The position numbers were made by a program, and so were the translations under genes. A stretch of DNA of 64,000 nucleotides, from the NCBI RefSeq assembly GCF_055900595.2, contig NZ_CM148325.1, one strand, 5' to 3'. This document shows positions 1 to 8,549 of this stretch, piece by piece (position 1 is the first letter of the stretch; each line of letters begins with the position of its first letter). The notes beneath the pieces are model-generated. The model did not search any database and was not told the origin of the DNA. It saw only the letters and a program-made list of their open reading frames with translations.

Positions 1-675
1 AGCGATATCCTCATGGATATCGAAATTGACCACGCAGACCAGACCGAAGAGAGCGATATATCCTTCCTGACCCGCATGGCTGAAATGCTGGGTGCGATTG
101 CCACCGTAAAAAACGGCAGCCTGTTATTCATTCTGCCGGGTGGCGGAACCGGGCCGGACGGAAGAGCCCTGCCTTCGTTCGCCATTACCCGCAGCAGCGG
201 CGACAGTCACCGCTTTCGCATTGCTGACCGTGATGCGTATACGGGGGTCCGGGCGCACTGGCTCGATCTGAAGTTCGGGCAAAAGAAAAAAGTGAACGTG
301 AAGCGACGCAGGGAAGCCGGGAAACAGAAACAGGAGAAGAGCAGCAGCCGGGAAGGTGATTACATGGAGGGCGCGGAAGGGAACGTCTACGTTCTGCGCA
401 GGACTTACCAGAATGAAGAAACCGCACGACGTGCAGCAGCTGCAAAGTGGCAGGAACTACAGCGGGGCGCGGCATCATTCTCCATCACGCTGGCGCGCGG
501 TCGTGCCGACCTGTACCCTGAAATGCACGGCAGGGTAACAGGTTTTAAAAGCGAGGTGGACAATCAGGACTGGATTATTGCCAGGGTGGAGCACAGCATA
601 GATGAAAGCGGCTTCACCACACAACTGGAGCTGGAAGCGAAAATCCCCGAATGGATAGCAGATTCAGGCGGATAA
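1..675 (+). CDS. P2-like phage late control protein D (gpD), C-terminal part; ORF is open at window start so 5' end lies upstream
   Basis: Translation recognised as gpD-like tail/late protein; frame open from position 1; followed 44 bp later by an ogr-like gene as in P2 gene order D-ogr-att. Confidence 0.75.
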   Translation, partial: SDILMDIEIDHADQTEESDISFLTRMAEMLGAIATVKNGSLLFILPGGGTGPDGRALPSFAITRSSGDSHRFRIADRDAYTGVRAHWLDLKFGQKKKVNVKRRREAGKQKQEKSSSREGDYMEGAEGNVYVLRRTYQNEETARRAAAAKWQELQRGAASFSITLARGRADLYPEMHGRVTGFKSEVDNQDWIIARVEHSIDESGFTTQLELEAKIPEWIADSGG

Positions 676-718
676 AATTAAAATGAGCCATCTCCACTCA
701 GCCAGATAAGGAGAAGCC

Positions 719-970
719 ATGTTCCGTTGTCCCCTGTGCGGTGCATCCGCACGTATCCGCACCAGTCGCAATGAAAATGATTCAGGCACAGTTCGCCTGA
801 AGTACTACCAGTGCAATAACCTCGAATGCGGGATCGGCTTTACCACACTGGAGGGTTTTAACAAATTCACATCAAAACGCGCCCCGTCGCCGCAGGGTAC
901 AGAGCGGATACCGTGGGAAGATTTTCCGGGATCTCACAGGGGGAATGCTCAGATGAATCTTGATATTTAA
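719..970 (+). CDS. ogr: Ogr/Delta-family zinc-finger late transcription activator (P2-like phage)
   Basis: 83 aa, Cys4 motif C-x2-C-x24-C-x4-C (CPLC...CNNLEC), AAGGAG RBS 7 nt upstream of ATG, position immediately after gpD. Confidence 0.8.
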   Translation: MFRCPLCGASARIRTSRNENDSGTVRLKYYQCNNLECGIGFTTLEGFNKFTSKRAPSPQGTERIPWEDFPGSHRGNAQMNLDI

Positions 971-980
971 GAACAATAAT

Positions 981-1114
981 CAGGTTGAGAGGACATCATA
1001 AGGCAAGTAGATTAACGGCAGATACTTTCCCGCAACCACGGGCAAGTATTTAATTATCCATGATGAAATATGACCTAAATTGTTTTTTGCCCGCCGGAAA
1101 GCGGGCATTTTTTT
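981..1114 (+). repeat. Partial copy (U0) of a repeated unit, ending in terminator hairpin T0; candidate phage attR / 3' end of an sRNA-like gene
   Basis: Shares ggttgag, agtagattaac, attatccatgat and the terminator with the units at 1626-1783 and 1828-1987. Confidence 0.5.
1088..1114 (+). terminator. Intrinsic terminator-like hairpin T0 (tgcccgc-cggaaa-gcgggca + T7)
   Basis: 7-bp GC stem, 6-nt loop, 7 consecutive T; identical to T1. Confidence 0.7.
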
Positions 1115-1328
1115 ATTCTTTTGTGGTTATGGGGTCATCAGGAACCACGTGCAGATTATATTTTTGTTTTTTTGGCGTTCCTCCGGCAGCAACGAGTTCA
1201 TCAATAAGACACTGACACGCCTGAACATCCCGGGCATGTCTTAGTTTCACCTTTATTGATTTAACCTTATCCTCACCGGAGGAGAAATGCAGTTCAATCT
1301 CAATATCGTTTCTTCGGAACAATCTCAT
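1113..1328 (-). CDS. Hypothetical small protein (71 aa), orphan ORF between repeat copies
   Basis: ORF with G-rich RBS-like tract (caggggggcgt) directly upstream of ATG; no family recognised; stop codon abuts T0. Confidence 0.35.
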   Translation of the reverse strand: MRLFRRNDIEIELHFSSGEDKVKSIKVKLRHARDVQACQCLIDELVAAGGTPKKQKYNLHVVPDDPITTKE

Positions 1329-1554
1329 ACGCCCCCCTGAACATATCAGAAATGCTAGTATCGAAAAATGAGAAAACAGTTAGACAGGAGAAACATATTA
1401 ACACAAATCATTTATACCTATAGATGAAATTATAATTTCATTCATGAATATGATAGATAACTATATTGTGAACAAAATGAAAAATGGCTAAATTAAAAAT
1501 GGGCATGGAGGAATGCCTCGTAATCAGTAATACATGATCCATACTTCCTTGTTT

Positions 1555-1581
1555 TGCCCGCCGGAAAGCGGGCATTTTTTT
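1555..1581 (+). terminator. Intrinsic terminator-like hairpin T1 (identical to T0)
   Basis: Same stem-loop and T7 run as T0; preceded by conserved catgat motif. Confidence 0.7.
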
Positions 1582-1625
1582 GGCGGTTACCATCGCCTCA
1601 CCTTCCTGGTTCACACAAAGCAACC

Positions 1626-1783
1626 CTGATTTTCCATGAAAACTTCAGGGTTGAGCCAAAAGCACAAAGACAGTAGATTAACCAAGGGTACCCGCCACCT
1701 GCCAACAGGAACGGTATCCAGTACGTATTAATGACTGACAATTCACATTGCTGTTTTGCCCGCCAGAAGGTGGGCATTTTTTT
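1626..1783 (+). repeat. Repeat unit A (about 158 bp) ending in terminator T2; candidate sRNA-like gene copy
   Basis: About 85 percent identical to unit B over the first 75 nt; ends in hairpin gcccgcc-agaa-ggtgggc (one G.U pair) + T7 at 1757-1783. Confidence 0.55.
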
Positions 1784-1827
1784 GGCAGTTATCATGGACG
1801 CACCTTCATGACACATATTAAGCAGAC

Positions 1828-1987
1828 CTGATTTTTCCATGAAAAATTCATGGTTGAGACAAAAGCACAAAAACAGTAGATTAACCACGGGTGCCTGCCA
1901 CCTGACAACAGGAAGGGGTGTCCATTATCCATGATATACAAACGAAAAGTCTTGTCTTTTGCCCGCCGTTGCGCGGGCTTTTTTTTT
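1828..1987 (+). repeat. Repeat unit B (about 160 bp) ending in terminator T3; candidate sRNA-like gene copy
   Basis: Homologous to unit A and to U0; ends in hairpin gcccgc-cgttgc-gcgggc + T9 at 1961-1987. Confidence 0.55.
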
Positions 1988-2016
1988 GCCACCCTCACCA
2001 GTGAGGGTACCATCAT

Positions 2017-2238
2017 TCAGAGGCGCGTAAGCCACCCGGCGTTAACATCCTGCCCGTCAACCCTGACCGCAGAGTCTGAACGGCAGGCACCGGAAGCAGT
2101 ACCAAAAACACCTCTGACAAGTTCCGCCACCTTCCCGATATCATCAGGCGCCACATTCCTCACCTCGACAGCGATCCGTGGCGTACCATCATCGTTAACA
2201 AGCGTGGCTTTAAGGCTGGTACGACGGGCAAATAACAT
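2017..2238 (-). CDS. Hypothetical protein (73 aa, MLFARRTSLKATLVNDDGTPRIAVEV...)
   Basis: ORF with GGAGG-type Shine-Dalgarno (gggaggggg) 8 nt upstream of ATG, balanced amino-acid composition; family not recognised. Confidence 0.4.
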   Translation of the reverse strand: MLFARRTSLKATLVNDDGTPRIAVEVRNVAPDDIGKVAELVRGVFGTASGACRSDSAVRVDGQDVNAGWLTRL

Positions 2239-2294
2239 CAACACCCCCTCCCTTCGGTTCGTTGCACTGGCAGCACGATACCACCAGGAAAAAG

Positions 2295-2329
2295 AAAAGC
2301 CCACAACGTCAGGATTGCGGGCTTTTTTT
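2295..2329 (+). terminator. Hairpin T4 with A-tract upstream and T7 downstream (bidirectional terminator-like)
   Basis: aaaagccc...gggcttttttt about 70 bp upstream of copA -35. Confidence 0.5.
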
Positions 2330-2394
2330 CTTCAAAAATGGACACTACGTGGACACTGATTAAATAATCCTTTCTTAATCAGACTGTTAAAATG

Positions 2395-2431
2395 CTTGAC
2401 CTTCCCCTTGCTGGAAGGTTTAACCTTTAAC
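2395..2431 (+). promoter_or_regulatory. copA promoter with CueR (MerR-family) operator dyad ccttcc-N7-ggaagg between -35 and -10
   Basis: Sequence cttgaccttccccttgctggaaggtttaacc recognised as the copA/CueR box; AAGGAG RBS at 2454-2459. Confidence 0.85.
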
Positions 2432-2465
2432 ACAGTCAGTCAACACTGTCTTAAAGGAGTACGTT

Positions 2466-4970
2466 ATGTCACAAACTATCGACCTGACCCTGGACGGCCT
2501 GTCCTGCGGTCACTGCGTTAAACGCGTGAAAGAAAGTCTCGAACAGCGCCCGGATGTTGAGCAGGCGGATGTGTCTATCACTGAAGCGCACGTTACCGGT
2601 ACTGCCAGTGCAGAACAGCTGATCGAAACCATCAAACAAGCGGGTTATGACGCATCTGTAAGCCACCCAAAGGCTAAACCGCTGGCGGAGTCATCAATCC
2701 CGTCGGAAGCACTGACAGCGGTTTCTGAGGCGCTTCCGGCAGCAAACGCCGATGACGATGACAGTCAGCAGTTGCTGCTGAGCGGCATGAGCTGCGCCAG
2801 CTGTGTTACCCGCGTACAAAATGCGCTGCAAAGCGTACCGGGCGTCACTCAGGCACGGGTAAACCTGGCGGAGCGTACTGCGCTGGTGATGGGCAGTGCC
2901 TCCCCACAAGATTTAGTGCAGGCAGTGGAAAAAGCGGGCTACGGCGCGGAAGCGATTGAAGATGACGCTAAACGCCGCGAGCGCCAGCAGGAAACCGCCG
3001 TCGCTACCATGAAGCGCTTCCGCTGGCAGGCAATTGTCGCTCTGGCGGTAGGTATCCCGGTGATGGTCTGGGGGATGATCGGCGATAACATGATGGTCAC
3101 CGCCGACAACCGCAGTCTGTGGTTAGTTATCGGCCTGATAACGCTGGCGGTAATGGTTTTCGCCGGCGGGCATTTTTACCGTAGCGCATGGAAAAGCCTG
3201 CTGAACGGTGCGGCGACAATGGATACGCTGGTGGCGCTGGGTACTGGCGTGGCGTGGCTCTATTCAATGAGCGTCAACCTGTGGCCGCAGTGGTTCCCGA
3301 TGGAAGCGCGACATCTTTATTACGAAGCCAGTGCGATGATTATCGGTCTGATTAATCTCGGTCATATGCTGGAAGCGCGCGCACGTCAGCGTTCTTCAAA
3401 GGCGCTGGAGAAATTACTCGATTTAACCCCGCCGACGGCGCGCCTGGTCACTGACGAAGGTGAAAAAAGCGTGCCGCTGGCAGATGTTCAGCCTGGTATG
3501 TTACTACGCCTGACGACCGGCGATCGCGTACCGGTAGATGGTGAAATTACCCAGGGCGAAGCGTGGCTGGATGAAGCAATGCTGACGGGCGAACCTATTC
3601 CGCAGCAAAAAGGCGAAGGCGATAGCGTTCATGCAGGTACCGTGGTGCAGGACGGTAGCGTGCTGTTTCGTGCCAGTGCGGTTGGCAGCCATACTACGCT
3701 GTCACGGATCATTCGTATGGTGCGCCAGGCCCAGAGCAGTAAACCGGAAATCGGCCAGTTGGCGGATAAAATCTCTGCCGTATTTGTGCCGGTAGTGGTG
3801 GTGATTGCGCTGGTCAGTGCGGCAATCTGGTACTTCTTTGGTCCGGCACCGCAAATTGTTTATACCCTGGTGATTGCCACTACGGTACTGATTATCGCCT
3901 GCCCGTGTGCGCTGGGGCTGGCAACGCCAATGTCGATTATTTCCGGCGTCGGGCGTGCGGCTGAATTTGGCGTGCTGGTGCGGGACGCCGACGCGCTGCA
4001 GCGCGCCAGTACGCTCGACACCGTAGTGTTCGATAAAACCGGGACGCTGACCGAAGGGAAGCCGCAGGTTGTCGCAGTAAAAACATTTGCTGATGTTGAT
4101 GAAGCGCAAGCATTGCGTCTGGCGGCGGCACTGGAACAAGGTTCCAGCCATCCGCTGGCACGGGCGATCCTCGATAAAGCAGGCGATATGCAGCTGCCGC
4201 AGGTCAACAGCTTCCGTACATTGCGTGGGCTGGGCGTGAGCGGTGAAGCAGAAGGTCATGCGTTATTGCTGGGTAATCAGGCGTTGTTAAATGACCAGCA
4301 AGTCGATACTAAAGCGATTGAAGCAGATATTTCAGCCCAGGCATCGCAAGGGGCAACGCCTGTGCTGCTGGCGGTTGACGGGAAAGCGGTGGCCTTGCTG
4401 GCGGTGCGCGATCCGTTGCGTAACGATAGTGTGGCGGCACTGCAACGTCTGCATAAAGCGGGATATCGTCTGGTGATGCTAACCGGGGATAACCCGACCA
4501 CCGCCAATGCGATCGCCAAAGAAGCAGGGATTGATGAGGTGATAGCCGGCGTGCTGCCAGACGGTAAAGCCGAAGCGATCAAACGTCTGCAAAGTGAAGG
4601 ACGTCAGGTGGCAATGGTGGGCGACGGCATTAACGACGCGCCAGCGCTGGCTCAGGCGGATGTCGGTATTGCTATGGGTGGCGGCAGCGATGTTGCCATT
4701 GAAACCGCGGCGATTACCCTGATGCGCCATAGCCTGATGGGTGTTGCGGATGCGCTCGCAATTTCCCGCGCAACGCTGCGCAACATGAAGCAGAACCTGC
4801 TCGGTGCGTTTATCTACAACAGCATTGGTATTCCGGTCGCCGCCGGTATTTTGTGGCCGTTCACGGGAACACTGCTTAACCCGGTGGTTGCCGGAGCGGC
4901 AATGGCGCTCTCGTCGATTACCGTAGTGAGTAACGCCAACCGGTTGCTGCGGTTTAAACCGAAGGAATAA
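2466..4970 (+). CDS. copA: Cu(I)-translocating P-type ATPase
   Basis: 834 aa; two N-terminal GxxCxxC metal-binding domains, CPC motif, DKTGT phosphorylation site. Confidence 0.97.
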   Translation: MSQTIDLTLDGLSCGHCVKRVKESLEQRPDVEQADVSITEAHVTGTASAEQLIETIKQAGYDASVSHPKAKPLAESSIPSEALTAVSEALPAANADDDDSQQLLLSGMSCASCVTRVQNALQSVPGVTQARVNLAERTALVMGSASPQDLVQAVEKAGYGAEAIEDDAKRRERQQETAVATMKRFRWQAIVALAVGIPVMVWGMIGDNMMVTADNRSLWLVIGLITLAVMVFAGGHFYRSAWKSLLNGAATMDTLVALGTGVAWLYSMSVNLWPQWFPMEARHLYYEASAMIIGLINLGHMLEARARQRSSKALEKLLDLTPPTARLVTDEGEKSVPLADVQPGMLLRLTTGDRVPVDGEITQGEAWLDEAMLTGEPIPQQKGEGDSVHAGTVVQDGSVLFRASAVGSHTTLSRIIRMVRQAQSSKPEIGQLADKISAVFVPVVVVIALVSAAIWYFFGPAPQIVYTLVIATTVLIIACPCALGLATPMSIISGVGRAAEFGVLVRDADALQRASTLDTVVFDKTGTLTEGKPQVVAVKTFADVDEAQALRLAAALEQGSSHPLARAILDKAGDMQLPQVNSFRTLRGLGVSGEAEGHALLLGNQALLNDQQVDTKAIEADISAQASQGATPVLLAVDGKAVALLAVRDPLRNDSVAALQRLHKAGYRLVMLTGDNPTTANAIAKEAGIDEVIAGVLPDGKAEAIKRLQSEGRQVAMVGDGINDAPALAQADVGIAMGGGSDVAIETAAITLMRHSLMGVADALAISRATLRNMKQNLLGAFIYNSIGIPVAAGILWPFTGTLLNPVVAGAAMALSSITVVSNANRLLRFKPKE

Positions 4971-5165
4971 GTATGTCATTGCGGATGCGCTGCTTTAGGG
5001 TGGCGCATCTGGCATCGACGCATGCCTGCCGGATGCGGCGATGTTTTGGCCTTACGCGACCTTTTTGCACGTTTTCCCCGGCGTGCCAAATATTTAATCC
5101 GTCCCAACTCCATTTGCGCCATCCCTCACCGCGCGCTAGCATGATATTTCACAAAGGGAGGTCGT

Positions 5166-5960
5166 ATGGATCTGTTGTACCGGGTAAAAACGCTTTGGGC
5201 CGCGCTGTGCGGTAATCATTACACCTGGCCTGCTATCGATATCTCTCTTCCCGACCATCGCCATTTTCATCTAATCGGCAGTATTCATATGGGTAGCCAC
5301 GATATGGCTCCCCTGCCCACCCGTTTGCTCAAAAAGCTCAAAAACGCCGATGCGCTGATCGTCGAGGCGGATGTTTCTACCAGCGATACGCCTTTTGCCA
5401 ATTTGCCTGCCTGCGAGGCGCTGGAAGAGCGCATTAGCGAGGAGCAACTCCAAAACCTGCAGCACATTAGCCAGGAGATGGGCATTTCTCCGTCGCTCTT
5501 TTCTACCCAACCGCTGTGGCAAATCGCGATGGTTCTTCAGGCAACGCAAGCGCAAAAACTGGGGCTGCGGGCAGAATATGGTATCGATTACCAGCTATTG
5601 CAGGTGGCGAAGCAACAACATAAACCCGTGATTGAACTGGAAGGGGCAGAAAACCAGATTGCCATGTTGCTCCAGCTCCCTGACAAAGGACTGGCGCTGC
5701 TGGACGATACGCTGACCCACTGGCACACCAACGCTCGTTTGCTGCAACAAATGATGAGTTGGTGGCTGAATGCACCACCGCAAAATAATGAAATAACGCT
5801 GCCCAATACGTTCAGTCAGTCGCTGTACGATGTGTTGATGCATCAGCGAAATCTCGCCTGGCGGGACAAATTACGCGCTATGCCGCCGGGGCGCTATGTG
5901 GTCGCGGTCGGTGCACTACACCTGTATGGAGAAGGGAATTTGCCACAAATGTTGCGCTAA
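5166..5960 (+). CDS. ybaP: TraB-family protein YbaP
   Basis: 264 aa, recognised as YbaP; GGAGG RBS. Confidence 0.9.
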   Translation: MDLLYRVKTLWAALCGNHYTWPAIDISLPDHRHFHLIGSIHMGSHDMAPLPTRLLKKLKNADALIVEADVSTSDTPFANLPACEALEERISEEQLQNLQHISQEMGISPSLFSTQPLWQIAMVLQATQAQKLGLRAEYGIDYQLLQVAKQQHKPVIELEGAENQIAMLLQLPDKGLALLDDTLTHWHTNARLLQQMMSWWLNAPPQNNEITLPNTFSQSLYDVLMHQRNLAWRDKLRAMPPGRYVVAVGALHLYGEGNLPQMLR

Positions 5961-6042
5961 AAAAATGGCCAATATCGCTATTGGCCCGTCAAAGAGGAAT
6001 TTCATTTTTTTATTATTATGCCGTCACTTTAAGCGACGGTGT
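5959..6042 (-). ncRNA. chiX: ChiX (SroB/MicM) Hfq-dependent small RNA
   Basis: Reverse complement matches remembered ChiX sequence ACACCGTCGCTTAAAGTGACGGC...GGCCAATAGCGATATTGGCCATTTTTTT; 3' end overlaps ybaP stop codon. Confidence 0.9.
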
Positions 6043-6163
6043 AACTCGATTGTCGCTCAATCTCACCATCCTGCCAATACTCTTAGGCAAGATGACTCTT
6101 TTTTTTGGACCGCCATCAGGCGTATGCTTGCTTCGTTTTTTTGTTTAAGGCAGGAAAATTACC

Positions 6164-6643
6164 ATGACACCCGCAGTTAAATTACTCGAAAAAAACAAGA
6201 TTTCGTTTCAAATCCATACCTACGAGCACGATCCAGCTGAAACCAATTTTGGCGATGAAGTCGTCAAAAAATTAGGTTTGAATCCGGATCAGGTCTACAA
6301 AACGCTGCTGGTCGCAGTGAACGGTGATATGAAACATCTGGCAGTGGCCGTTACGCCGGTCGCCGGTCAACTGGATCTTAAAAAAGTAGCAAAGGCGTTG
6401 GGTGCCAAGAAAGTTGAGATGGCCGATCCGATGGTCGCGCAGCGTTCGACGGGATATCTGGTTGGGGGGATTAGCCCACTGGGGCAGAAAAAACGCCTGC
6501 CGACGATTATCGACGCCCCCGCGCAAGAGTTTGCCACTATTTTTGTTTCTGGCGGCAAGCGCGGGCTGGACATCGAACTGGCGGCAAGCGACCTGGCGAA
6601 GATCCTCGATGCCAAATTTGCTGATATCGCTCGTCGCGATTAA
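6164..6643 (+). CDS. ybaK: Cys-tRNA(Pro)/Cys-tRNA(Cys) deacylase
   Basis: 159 aa, recognised. Confidence 0.93.
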   Translation: MTPAVKLLEKNKISFQIHTYEHDPAETNFGDEVVKKLGLNPDQVYKTLLVAVNGDMKHLAVAVTPVAGQLDLKKVAKALGAKKVEMADPMVAQRSTGYLVGGISPLGQKKRLPTIIDAPAQEFATIFVSGGKRGLDIELAASDLAKILDAKFADIARRD

Positions 6644-6679
6644 GCATTGTGCCGGATGCGAACATCCGGCACTTTCGGA

Positions 6680-8332
6680 TTACTGCCAGCTCACCTCACC
6701 TTTCGGTTCATAGACACTCACATCCAGCGGCGAGTTTTTCTGGATATACGCTTTCAGCACTTCAGCATCAATAAAGCCGGTATTCACATAGCCCGGTTTG
6801 TTATCCAGACGCGGATAGCCATCACCGCCAGTGGCATTGAAGTTTAATGTCGCCATACGGTAAGTTTTCGCCGGATCGACCGGTTCGCCTTTGATTTTCA
6901 GGTCGTTCAGTTTGCCGTCTTTCGCCACAAAGCTAACGTTGGCAAATTGCGGATAGGCACCAGAATCAGGCTTCATTTGTGCGACGGCGGTCAGGTAATC
7001 AATCACCTCTTTACCGGTCATGTCGGCATACACCACCACATTGCCGAATGGCTGCACTTTCAGCACATTTTTATAGCTGATATCACCTGTTTCGATAGAA
7101 TCACGAATTCCGCCTCCGCTCATCACCGCAAAGTCGGCACCAGTGCGATCCATTTGTGCTGCCAGAATCAACCGCCCCATATTGGTCTGTACAAAACGCA
7201 CTTTGCTGCGGTCGCCTTCCAGACGACCATTGGTTTCGCCTATTTTCACTTCCAGCTGCGCTTTGCCTTTGTTCTGGAACGGTGATAACAGCGAAATCAT
7301 TTGCTGGTTTTCGGCGATTTCAGGGGTGTAAAGCACACGCTCGCTTTTCCCGTCTTCCCAGGTCACTTTCTTCTTCAGGTTTACCGGAATCAACTGGTAG
7401 TTGACCATTTTCATTTCGCCGTTGCGAAACTCAAAGTCGGCCCGACCAACGTACTTGCCCCACTCATGCGCTTGTACAATCCAGATGCCATTTTGTTGAT
7501 CCGGTTTGCATGGCGTACCAGGAACGTAATCGACCTGTTTTTTATTTTCTGCCGCCATACAGACTGGATCTTGCGAGTGACCTCCGACGATCATCGCCAG
7601 CGATCCGGCAGGCAGCGCGCGTGCCATCTCCACATCGCCCGCTGCATTAGAGCCGTGCTCACCATTGTCGTAATGCCCCATATGGGTTGCCGCGATAATA
7701 ATGTCTGGCTTTTCTGTCTGTTGCAGCTCCTGAATCACCAGCTTCGCTTTATCAGCGGGCTTACGAAATTCGATATCAGTGAAGTATTCCGGGTTACCAA
7801 TTTTGGCTGTGTCATCGGTTGTCAGCCCAATAACGGCAATTTTCAGATCCTGACGCTTAAACAGCGCCCATGGTTTAAACAGGCGCTCACCAGTGCTTTT
7901 TTGGTAGATATTGGCGGAAAGCAACGGGAACTTAGCCCACTTTTCCTGCTGGCGTAATACGGTGAGCGGGTTATCAAATTCATGATTACCGATCGCCATT
8001 GCATCATAGCCCACCAGATTCATACCTCGAAAATCAGGTTCGGCATCCTGTAAGTCGGACTCGGGCACGCCAGTATTAATGTCGCCACCGGAAAGTAGCA
8101 GCACGCTACCACCTTCAGCCGCAACCTCTTTGCGAATACCGTCCACCAGCGTTTTTTGCGCCGCCAGACCATATTCGCCATATTCATTACGCCAGAAATG
8201 ACCATGATGATCATTGGTATGCAGAACTGTAATTTTGTAGGTTTTATCCTGCTCATAAGCCAGAGCAGTTTCACTCGCCAGTGTAAATGTGGTTAACAGT
8301 GCTAACGCCACGCCCCGCTGCAATAATTTCAT
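6680..8332 (-). CDS. ushA: UDP-sugar hydrolase / 5'-nucleotidase (periplasmic)
   Basis: 550 aa with signal peptide, metallophosphatase motifs. Confidence 0.95.
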   Translation of the reverse strand: MKLLQRGVALALLTTFTLASETALAYEQDKTYKITVLHTNDHHGHFWRNEYGEYGLAAQKTLVDGIRKEVAAEGGSVLLLSGGDINTGVPESDLQDAEPDFRGMNLVGYDAMAIGNHEFDNPLTVLRQQEKWAKFPLLSANIYQKSTGERLFKPWALFKRQDLKIAVIGLTTDDTAKIGNPEYFTDIEFRKPADKAKLVIQELQQTEKPDIIIAATHMGHYDNGEHGSNAAGDVEMARALPAGSLAMIVGGHSQDPVCMAAENKKQVDYVPGTPCKPDQQNGIWIVQAHEWGKYVGRADFEFRNGEMKMVNYQLIPVNLKKKVTWEDGKSERVLYTPEIAENQQMISLLSPFQNKGKAQLEVKIGETNGRLEGDRSKVRFVQTNMGRLILAAQMDRTGADFAVMSGGGIRDSIETGDISYKNVLKVQPFGNVVVYADMTGKEVIDYLTAVAQMKPDSGAYPQFANVSFVAKDGKLNDLKIKGEPVDPAKTYRMATLNFNATGGDGYPRLDNKPGYVNTGFIDAEVLKAYIQKNSPLDVSVYEPKGEVSWQ

Positions 8333-8549
8333 ACTTCTCTCCCTGATCAGATTTCAACGTGTTGAAAAATAGTATGACGCGACATCATAGACAAGTCTGC
8401 GTCCGGTGAAGATAAATCTGCATCCAGATTAGAAATTCTGTATTCAGCGTTGAGACTTCCTTCAGGCGGCGCATACAGGTATGTTAGTCGGGTAATAATC
8501 ACAAATAAGATCATTCTTTACATCGCAACCCTGAAAAAGTGACTTTCCT

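Noticed and set aside
981-1114. Identification of the repeat unit as CyaR (the classical P2 attachment sRNA)
   Set aside because: Only the general hairpin-plus-U-run shape resembles the P2 core; the unit body shows no similarity to the CyaR sequence as I remember it
1598-2016. Minus-strand ORFs of 96 and 74 aa running through the repeat units (shared peptide PWLIYC.CAF..ST..FSWK)
   Set aside because: They read straight through the terminator hairpins, lack RBSs, and the similarity is explained by nucleotide-level homology of the repeat units; inter-copy differences are not biased toward synonymous changes
1931-2359. Plus-strand 142-aa ORF spanning T3 and T4
   Set aside because: Ser/Thr/Pro-rich low-complexity translation that crosses two terminator hairpins; antisense to a better-supported ORF
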